Shown here: positions 55,457-62,715 of the stretch, piece after piece
Layout: every line of letters begins with the position of its first letter
Numbering within the stretch: position 1 is the first letter of the stretch
NCBI GenBank assembly: GCA_963662495.2
Contig: CAXVYQ010000002.1
Coordinates: 390,355 to 454,354, forward strand
From: Terriglobia bacterium
Lineage (GTDB): Bacteria > Acidobacteriota > Terriglobia > 2-12-FULL-54-10
Length of the DNA stretch: 64,000 nt
Reading direction: 5' to 3'
Program-made: the position numbers and the translations under genes
Notes under the pieces: generated by a model
Told to the model about the DNA's origin: nothing
What the model saw: the letters and a program-made list of their open reading frames with translations, nothing else
The model's database searches: none

Positions 55457-56001
55457 TCGCTTTCCGCATCCTCCGACACAACCGCTTCGCCTTCGATCGT
55501 GCGCGGATGCTCCTCGGAGCGACCATCAACGTTCAGAATGTTCGCGGTCGCTTTGATTTGGATGCTTTGGGAAACTGTAACGTCGACACCGGTAGATCCC
55601 TCCGGCAGCTGAAACATGGGAACCCGGGGAACCTCCTCGCGTTCCTGGCGGCCCATCAGTCCATCAATTGCGTCAATTCGCTCCAGGGCCTTTAAGCTCA
55701 CCATCTTTTGCTCGTCCTGTTCTGCAAGTTCTCTTAGTCGCCGCGCACGATACTCCAATGGCACTTCCCTCTGAAGCAACGCCCTATACTCCTGTAATTT
55801 ATCCTCAATCTCCGCAAGAGCCGGTTTAATTCTATTTCGAGTCCTCTGCACGCTCTTGGTGGAGCAGCCAACTATCTCTGCGATTTGAATGTCAGTGAGC
55901 TTGTCCGGGGCAGATAAGAGCGACGTAATTTGCATCCCGCGTTTCTCGGCCCTGCTCATAGCCAACCCGGACACTTTTGGACTCGTTTGGACACTCATCA
56001 T
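55453..56001 (-). CDS. HTH-containing protein of a phage/mobile-element flavour (terminase-small-subunit-like or regulator)
   Basis: LTDIQIAEIVGCSTKSVQRTRNRI is a helix-turn-helix. It is followed by a charged coiled-coil region and an acidic tail. Confidence 0.45.
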   Translation of the reverse strand: MMSVQTSPKVSGLAMSRAEKRGMQITSLLSAPDKLTDIQIAEIVGCSTKSVQRTRNRIKPALAEIEDKLQEYRALLQREVPLEYRARRLRELAEQDEQKMVSLKALERIDAIDGLMGRQEREEVPRVPMFQLPEGSTGVDVTVSQSIQIKATANILNVDGRSEEHPRTIEGEAVVSEDAESE

Positions 56002-56350
56002 GATCTACTGAATAATATCTCATAAGCTGCTTTTTTGCAAGGAGTTAGCGGACTCGCGACTGACCACTTTTCGGGGGTGTTCCAATGTCCAGTTCTCTGT
56101 CTCGGGAAATCATGTCGGTGAGTAAGTTATGATCCCGGTATTCTCACTTTTTGGCGCTTGATAAAGACCGTCTGTGAGTTCATATTGGAGGCGAACTCGA
56201 CCGGACAGGAAGACTCGGCGTTTTCAGAGCCTGCTTAACAACACTCGATTGCGGAAGGACTGGATGGCGTGGATGAACCGGCTTTCGGGGTGGATGAAAA
56301 CCTGGGTAAGTCTATAGCCCAACCCGGAGCCTACAACCACTCCCCCAGGT

Positions 56351-56390
56351 GGTAATGTGCCATGTCTCACCTCCACTGGTACAAAATCTC
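56351..56390 (-). repeat. second solo relic of the 53664-54890 IS3 terminus
   Basis: ggtaatgtgccatgtctcacctccactggtacaaaatctc matches the reverse complement of 53666-53705 at 28/40 positions, including 14/14 at the tip. Confidence 0.45.
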
Positions 56391-56413
56391 GGCCTAGTCA
56401 CCCCTTGTTCCCA

Positions 56414-57749
56414 TCATTCAATCTCCTCACCGAAATCATAATCGGCCTCGAACCGGAAGTTCATTTGCGGCCCTACGGCCGGTAAACTCAGTTCGCTTGC
56501 GAATTCCTCTCGCAGGACAATCGTTTTCCCTCCCAATACCGTCATCACAGGGAAGACTGTCGGTATCTCCTCCACGGGCACCGTGAAGTAATCCTTGTTA
56601 AAAACCACAAAATCCGCAAATTTACCTGGTTCCAAAGTCCCTATTTCCTCTTCCTTTAGTACGTAATAGGAAGGCCACACTGTGGACATCTTCAGCAGGG
56701 TAACGCGGTCGATTGCTTCCTCGGGAGCGACCAACTCGCCCCGCACATTCTTCCTGGTTATCAACGGCAGCACCTGGGCATAGAAGGTCGGCCCCTCCCC
56801 GCTTTCAACTCTCAGCTCCGTCTCGGCGGTTGGCATCACACCTCCTTCGATGATGCTCTTGATCGGAGCGATTCGGAGCGATTCGGTTGGCTTTGTCCTT
56901 CCCGTAGATCGCCAGCCATGGCGCGCTTCGATTGATGGTCGTCCCTCCACAACTGAGGATCCAGCCAAAGCTTTTCATCCGCGGAAGCTGATCCTTGCGC
57001 GGATAGAACCCACAATGATCGGATGTCACCCGCAGGGACCGCATAGTATCCAGTGTAATATCCGGGTTTTCCTCAATCACCTGATTCATGATATCCATCA
57101 CGTAATCAACAGCCTTGTCTCCATAGGCGTGGTTCACAACGAACCGATAGCGCGCCCGAAATGCCGTAGCGATTGTCTCCCAGTAGGAATTTCCAGGTTG
57201 GACCCTGCATTTCTCCTGCGCTTTGAATTTTGCCGGCGCCTCCATGGTCGTGCACATCCCTCCACCAGGGGCACCGTCGATCCCTCCCAGCGTCAGACCG
57301 ATATTCCAGAAGTACTTGTCGCCTAGGCCGGACAGGTTACCAACCCGCAGAAAGCAGCCGGTCGTATCTGGTTCCACTTGCTGACATAGGCGATGAGCAA
57401 AGGCATACCGCATCGGCATCCGTTTTTCCCGAACCAGTTTCATGTAGGCTGGCAACATGCGCAGGCCATACAGATGGGAACTGAACGTGGTGAACCCGGC
57501 AGCTGCATGGTGCTTTAGGGCATCTTCAATCACATCCGACAATTCGCCCAGATGGCGATCGAAGTAGCGGTCCGGAATCAGAGAGCGGCCAATCACCGTT
57601 CGGGATCTCATGGCTAGTTCTTCGTTTTCCACCGTGGGTTCAATCGCATAGTATTTGAGAAAATCATTCATTGCTGCCGTATTCCAAATGTCGCTGCCGA
57701 TTGTGACCGGAAAGTCAGGCGCCAGCGCATCCAGTTTTTCCCTCGTCAT
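56414..57749 (-). pseudogene. amidohydrolase-3 (YtcJ-like) gene, frameshifted by a 10-bp tandem duplication and 5'-truncated
   Basis: ORFs 56805-57749 and 56414-56968 are consecutive parts of one amidohydrolase (…VNHAYGD…, …VTSDHCGF…, …PGKFADFVVF…). Removing one copy of cggagcgatt restores ...KANRIAPIKSIIEGGV. The N-terminal ~100+ aa are missing, with a stop at 57759-57761. Confidence 0.75.
56864..56883. repeat. 10-bp perfect tandem duplication (cggagcgatt x2) that breaks the amidohydrolase frame
   Basis: Read directly: gat cggagcgatt cggagcgatt cgg. Confidence 0.9.
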
Positions 57750-57784
57750 AATGCTGTCTCACAGGTATCGATACGCCGATGCCG

Positions 57785-58220
57785 GTCCTATAAAAGGGGA
57801 TGTCAAGAAAAAAGACCTCCCCGGCCACCGGAGAACACGGAAGTTCTCGTGCATCCAGCCCCCCCCGGTACGTTCGGCTCGTGGTCCTGACCGTTCTGGC
57901 CTTTCGTGTTGCGACCAGCCGGCATGCTTCCTCCATCCCAGCAGTTTCATCTTTGCGGTTACGACGACGCCCTTGGTTTCCCGAAACCGGCAAGCGGGGT
58001 GGTTGCAGAGTTGGCAACCATGGTCCTATCGGAGACTCGTGGCCTATAGCTTTCTTAGGTTATCCGAGGGGGCATAGAGTGTTTATAGAGACTCGGTGCC
58101 GGTGGCACACAGGGCCTAACTACGCGATGGATGCTCTCCCTCGAACCCGAGCGTCTCAAGAACCCATTGGGCACCGCCGGAGATGATCCGGGGGATCGAC
58201 GGACTCTTTACCCGAGACGC
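57785..58220 (-). ncRNA. candidate structured non-coding RNA (bridge/seek-RNA-like) in the 3' tail of the IS110-family element
   Basis: This ~435-nt stretch is conserved between two element copies and is dense in hairpins: 57831-57848, 57975-57988, 58001-58019 and 58096-58108, plus a 9-bp long-range pair between 58149-58157 and 58214-58222. It has no convincing ORF. Transcription has not been shown. Confidence 0.3.
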
Positions 58221-59288
58221 TCAAGCTGCTTGCAGTTTCAGATGTTCGGCGTCGAAACGTGCTCCTTTCTTCCAGACGATCCAAGTGATCGTCGCAATCT
58301 TGCGTGCCACGGTGAGTCGAGCCAGCGCAGGCTTCATCCCCTTGGCCAGTAACCCTTCGTAATACTCATGCAACAATCCAGTCGAACCGCTGGCCTGCAT
58401 GGCCGCGCTCTTGAAGATCCATTTCAGATCATGGTTGTGGTTCTTATTCAGACCCCGCAGCGCCACCGGTTTCTGGGAACGGCGCAGTTGCCCATCCACG
58501 TAACGGTATTCCCCACTACCACGTGTCTCGATCGCCAGGCCGCTGTAGGCCCATAGTTGCCGCTTCGTCCGGAACCGGTGTGGGGTCTGTAGCAGCGCGA
58601 TTAACACCGCCGCACGGATCGGGCCGATCGACGGAATCTGGCGCAGCAATTTCGTCGCTCCATGCTTGCGGCTCTCCGCCAGTAGATCCCGGCGCACCGC
58701 CTGGCGTAATGCTTGCAGCCCGTCCAGTTGCTGATAGAGGAACTCAGCCCGACAGCGCACACCGGCTTCCGTGATCTTGCTCAACCATTCCGAACGATGT
58801 CGCGGTGCGTAGACTTGCGTGCCCGCGCAGGCAATACCCCAGCTTCGGTACAATGCCTTCAGCCGATTCATCACTCGCGTGAGATCTTTGCTCACCGTCA
58901 GATAACTCCGCGACAGCTCCTGCAACGTGCGTAGACCCTTTTCCCCATGGTAGACCGCCGAGAGCGATCCATTCCGCAGCAGTTCGGCCAGCTTCCTCGC
59001 ATCGATCCGGTCGCTCTTGTTGCCCGATTTCAGCAACGCATTCTTTCGCGGATCGCACACGATCAGCTGCGACACGTGAGGCCGCAGCAAGTCATACAGC
59101 CAGGCAGCCCAGGTCCCCTCTTCCAACGTGACCTGCAAATCCCCCTGCAGTCCTTGGAGGAACTGCACAATCGTGGCTGCCTTCGTTTCTACGATCGACT
59201 CCATCACCAGCTTGCCCGAAGAGTTCATGACCGCAATCGTTATCGCTTCTTGCTGCACGTCCATCCCGATATACTTTGTTCTATCCAT
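58221..59288 (-). CDS. IS110-family recombinase, copy 3 (355 aa, likely the native form)
   Basis: Same motifs as copy 1. It ends ...AEHLKLQAA with TGA at 58221-58223. AGGAG lies 8 nt upstream of the ATG. Confidence 0.9.
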   Translation of the reverse strand: MDRTKYIGMDVQQEAITIAVMNSSGKLVMESIVETKAATIVQFLQGLQGDLQVTLEEGTWAAWLYDLLRPHVSQLIVCDPRKNALLKSGNKSDRIDARKLAELLRNGSLSAVYHGEKGLRTLQELSRSYLTVSKDLTRVMNRLKALYRSWGIACAGTQVYAPRHRSEWLSKITEAGVRCRAEFLYQQLDGLQALRQAVRRDLLAESRKHGATKLLRQIPSIGPIRAAVLIALLQTPHRFRTKRQLWAYSGLAIETRGSGEYRYVDGQLRRSQKPVALRGLNKNHNHDLKWIFKSAAMQASGSTGLLHEYYEGLLAKGMKPALARLTVARKIATITWIVWKKGARFDAEHLKLQAA

Positions 59289-59606
59289 TCAGGCTGCTCC
59301 TTTCGATAGGCGTTACCTTCGATACTGAAAACCTATCGCACTAGGGGCGCCCTTTTATAATGCGTGTTTAGTAATCTGGAAAATCGCAGGTGTAAACGCG
59401 GTGCGAAAATGCTAGCGAATTACGGGTTTAATCACCTTTCAAAAGGGGTCGGTTGAAAACGATAATTCGGGTATTGAAAAGAAAGGAGTTACCAAGTCCG
59501 AAAACACTCTTGCAAAAGCTAAGGCTTTTGAAAGGAATTGGGATTTCGACTGGACCTCGTGGTCCGGGGAAATCAGATGGCCCGATTTGTGTGCCAGGAT
59601 GCAAGG

Positions 59607-60047
59607 TCATTGCTCGTTTCCTGTGGGCAAGCGTTCTTTCAGTTCCGCGAACCAGTTCAATGCGAAGTTTATTTGGGTTGCACCGGTTTGTGATTCGACC
59701 GGCTCCAGCATCAGGGACCGCAGACCGTCCAGGCTAACATCGTACCAGGGAAAGGTCTTGCGTGTTGGTAAGTACGGTCCTTCAAAGAGCAGCTGCGGCG
59801 TTCCCAACGTGAAACCGGACACTGTGTCCACGGCTATCGCGATCATCCTGTTCCCACTGCAGTAAAACAGTTCGCCTCCTTGCGGGTTCCAGGCCGCCTC
59901 AGTGCCTCCGTAAGCCGAAATCTGCCACTTGCCTCATGGATCCGGATAGGGCTGCATATACCCTCTATCCGGCCTGACTCGGTCGAGACAAAGGCCAGCC
60001 AGCGCCCGTCCGGCGAGAACATTACCGCACTTTCATCAAGCAGTGGG
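59607..60047 (-). pseudogene. C-terminal remnant of a PD40/TolB-like beta-propeller protein (frameshift plus in-frame TGA)
   Basis: My translation gives ...MFSPDGRWLAFVSTESGRIE / (frameshift) YMQPYPDP*GKWQISAYGGTEAAWNPQGGELFYCSGNRMIAIAVDTVSGFTLGTPQLLFEGPY...INFALNWFAELKERLP. The upstream part of the gene is absent. Confidence 0.6.
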
Positions 60048-60129
60048 TCTCAAGAAGCCTGAAACCCGCTATTTCACACGCCAATCTGCGCGGGAGGATC
60101 ACTTGCTAGCACGACTCTCAGAAATAACA

Positions 60130-60158
60130 TTGACATGTGCTACTATCTGTTATATACA
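60130..60158 (+). promoter_or_regulatory. candidate promoter for the DUF1592-type gene (TTGACA then a TATATA/TATACA region)
   Basis: A consensus -35 hexamer sits at 60130-60135. A T/A-rich -10 candidate lies 15-17 nt downstream, about 125 nt before the ATG at 60283. Confidence 0.25.
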
Positions 60159-60282
60159 GCCAATGTAGATAATTGTGGGCATTGCAGTGCTTTATAGGTG
60201 TGAATTTGAGATGGTGATTTTTTGCTCTCATACCCCATCTCGCTACATGTAAGGATGAATATCACTTAGGTTGGTTACCACA

Positions 60283-62715
60283 ATGTTAAGGTTAAAAACG
60301 GTTTTGAGCTGTATTGGAATCGCGTTGGCTGGGGCCGGCTATCTGCAGGCAGCTAGCCAGGCGTCATCGACCGCCGCTTCCTCGTCCCACCGCGCTCTTG
60401 TCAATCGCTACTGCGTGGTCTGCCACAATGAGAAGTTGCGTACGGCGGAACTTTTGTTGGACAAGACAAACGTCGAGAACGTCAGCCAAGACTCGCCGTT
60501 GTGGGAAAAGGTGGTGCGGAAACTGCGAGCCCGTGCGATGCCCCCGGCCGGTATGCCGCAACCGGATAAGCCCACCCTCGACTCCTTCGTCAGATACCTG
60601 GAGACTGAGCTGGACCGCGCGGCTAATGCCAATCTGAACCCCGGCAGGCCAGCCGACCATCGCCTCAACCGCGCCGAATACACCAACGCGATCAGGGACC
60701 TGCTTGCCGTTGAAATTGATGGGGAATCACTTCTTCCCGCCGACATTGCGAGCTATGGCTTTGACAATGTCGGGGATGTTCTCTCGGTATCGCCCTTGCT
60801 GATGGAAAGATACATGTTAGCGGCAGGGAAGATCAGTCGCCTCGCCATTGGAGATCCCACTCTCCGTCCGACCGATGCAACGTACTCAGTGCCCAGGCAG
60901 TTCGTGCAAGACGCCCGCAGTAGCGATGACCTCCCGTTCGGGTCGCGAGGCGGAATTGCGATTCGCCATACGTTCCCGCTCAACGGCGAGTACATCATCA
61001 GGATCCGACTGCAAAGAAACAGCGACGGTTATATCCGCGGCCTCGCCAATCCGCATCTGCTCGACGTCCGCCTGGATGGCGCACGAGTCAAGCTGTTCAC
61101 GATTGGCGGCGAGCGCCACGGCAGGCCGGGGCCGGTCTATACGCGCCAGTCTCCCGCATATAGGGGAGACCCCGAGCAAGTGGGATACGAGTACACCGCG
61201 GATGATGCATTAGAAATCCGTTTATCGGCTAAAGCGGGTCCGCACGTGGTTGGTGTCGCATTTCTGAAGGAAAACTTGAAACCAGAAGGTGTATATATGC
61301 CGCCGCACTTATTGGGTGACATAGAAAAGTATAAAGGTGGTGATCCAGCTTTGGACAGTGTCATCATCAAGGGACCCTACGACGTAACAGGGTTAGGGGA
61401 GACACCCAGCCGCCAAAAGATTTTTGTGTGCAGCCCAACCCGCAGCGAGAACGAGGAGCCCTGCGCCAGGAAGATTCTTTCCACACTCGCACGTCGCGCT
61501 TACCGGCGGCCTGTCACGGATGCCGATCTACAGGCATTGATTAGCCTTTACGAGACCGGCCGGAGCAAAGGCGACTTCGAGGCAGGAATCGAGATGGCGC
61601 TTCAAAGAATCCTGGCAGGACCGGAGTTTCTGTTCCGTGTTGAAAGTGATCCTGAGAACGTCGCGCGGAATACCGCTTATCCCATCAGCGACGTAGACCT
61701 GGCCTCTCGGTTGTCGTTCTTTCTTTGGAGCAGTATCCCCGACGATGAGTTATTAGGCCTGGCCGAAAACGGTCAACTCAAAGATCCGGCGGTGCTGGAA
61801 CGGCAGGTACGCAAAATGCTGGCCGATCCCCGCTCGAACGCTCTAGTGAGCAATTTTGCCGGACAGTGGCTGTACCTGCGAAATTTGCGCCGGGTGTCGC
61901 CGGATACGAGAGAGTTCCCCGATTTCGACGACAACTTGCGTGAGGCCTTTCGGATCGAGACGGAGCTTCTTTTCGAGAGCATGGTGCGGGAGGATCGTAG
62001 CGCGCTGGACTTGCTGAACGCTGACTATACGTTCGTCAACGAGCGTTTGGCTCGGCATTACGGGATTCCGGATATTTTCGGTAGCCGCTTTCGGCGGGTA
62101 GCATTGAATGATGAGAACCGGAGAGGACTGTTGGGCCAGGGCAGCATCCTGACGGTGACTTCGTATGCCACCCGGACCTCGCCGGTTGTCCGTGGCAAGT
62201 GGGTACTGGAAAACTTGCTAGGTATCCCCCCCCCGCCTCCGCCCCCCAATGTTCCGGCCCTGGAAGATAAGAGCAAGCAGGGCAAACCCCTCACGATGCG
62301 CCAGCAAATGGAACAGCACCGTGCGAATCCCGCGTGCGCAGGCTGCCACAAACTGATGGACCCGATCGGCTTCGCGCTGGAAAACTTTGACGCCACCGGC
62401 AAATGGCGAACCATGAATCGGTTTGGCGAGGCAAACACCCCTATCGATCCGTCAGGGATGCTCTACGACGGCAGCAAGTTTCAGAGCATGGTGGAGTTTC
62501 GTCAGATATTGATGAGCCATCCGGACCAATTTGTCCATACAGCCACTGAAAGACTTCTCACCTACGCCCTGGGCCGAGGGGTTGAGTATTACGATGCTCC
62601 GGCCATCCGCAAGATCATGCGGGAGGCCGCTGACAGCGACTACCGCTGGTCGTCGCTGATCTTAGGTATAGTCAAGAGCACTCCATTTCAGATGAGGAGG
62701 TCAAGAGAACTATGA
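60283..62715 (+). CDS. DUF1587/DUF1592/DUF1595/DUF1588/DUF1585-type multi-domain protein with heme-binding-like CxxCH motifs
   Basis: Signal peptide MLRLKTVLSCIGIALAGAG, CVVCHN and CAGCHK motifs. PADHRLNRAEYTNAIRDLL, FLWSSIPDDELL and ERLLTYALGRG blocks are typical of this planctomycete/acidobacterial family. Confidence 0.75.
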   Translation: MLRLKTVLSCIGIALAGAGYLQAASQASSTAASSSHRALVNRYCVVCHNEKLRTAELLLDKTNVENVSQDSPLWEKVVRKLRARAMPPAGMPQPDKPTLDSFVRYLETELDRAANANLNPGRPADHRLNRAEYTNAIRDLLAVEIDGESLLPADIASYGFDNVGDVLSVSPLLMERYMLAAGKISRLAIGDPTLRPTDATYSVPRQFVQDARSSDDLPFGSRGGIAIRHTFPLNGEYIIRIRLQRNSDGYIRGLANPHLLDVRLDGARVKLFTIGGERHGRPGPVYTRQSPAYRGDPEQVGYEYTADDALEIRLSAKAGPHVVGVAFLKENLKPEGVYMPPHLLGDIEKYKGGDPALDSVIIKGPYDVTGLGETPSRQKIFVCSPTRSENEEPCARKILSTLARRAYRRPVTDADLQALISLYETGRSKGDFEAGIEMALQRILAGPEFLFRVESDPENVARNTAYPISDVDLASRLSFFLWSSIPDDELLGLAENGQLKDPAVLERQVRKMLADPRSNALVSNFAGQWLYLRNLRRVSPDTREFPDFDDNLREAFRIETELLFESMVREDRSALDLLNADYTFVNERLARHYGIPDIFGSRFRRVALNDENRRGLLGQGSILTVTSYATRTSPVVRGKWVLENLLGIPPPPPPPNVPALEDKSKQGKPLTMRQQMEQHRANPACAGCHKLMDPIGFALENFDATGKWRTMNRFGEANTPIDPSGMLYDGSKFQSMVEFRQILMSHPDQFVHTATERLLTYALGRGVEYYDAPAIRKIMREAADSDYRWSSLILGIVKSTPFQMRRSREL

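Larger units (their letters stand above)
57785..59367 (-). mobile_element. IS110-family element, copy 3 (apparently full length, about 1.58 kb: short leader, recombinase gene, ~435-nt tail)
   Basis: It shares both outer boundaries with copy 2 (gtcctataaaagg... on the left and ...ataatgcgtgt on the right) while the flanking DNA differs. It contains the only copy of the recombinase ORF that ends on sequence common to more than one copy. Confidence 0.8.

Noticed and set aside
57762-57775. A 7-nt match (TCGATAC) between the variable leader cassette of copies 2/3 and the left flank of copy 3, as evidence of guide-target pairing.
   Set aside because: A rough estimate gives about a 5 percent chance of such a 7-mer match near a boundary. 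Copy 2 carries the same cassette but its flank has no match, so the observation is not consistent.
57785-57815. The TTGACA near the outer end of the IS110 tail as the -35 of a circle-junction promoter paired with the TATAAA at the other end (59353-59358).
   Set aside because: Joining the ends as I defined them gives a 24-nt spacer, far from the 16-18 nt a sigma70 promoter needs. The idea would require different element ends than the copy comparison supports.
57800-58186. A 128-131-aa ORF on the plus strand inside the IS110 tail (also at 10014-10409), and a 100-116-aa ORF on the minus strand.
   Set aside because: Both are Arg/Ser/Pro-rich with low-complexity composition, have no start context and no motif. 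The minus-strand ORF changes length between copies because it runs into different flanks. They are more likely chance frames in structured non-coding DNA, although a small protein cannot be fully excluded.
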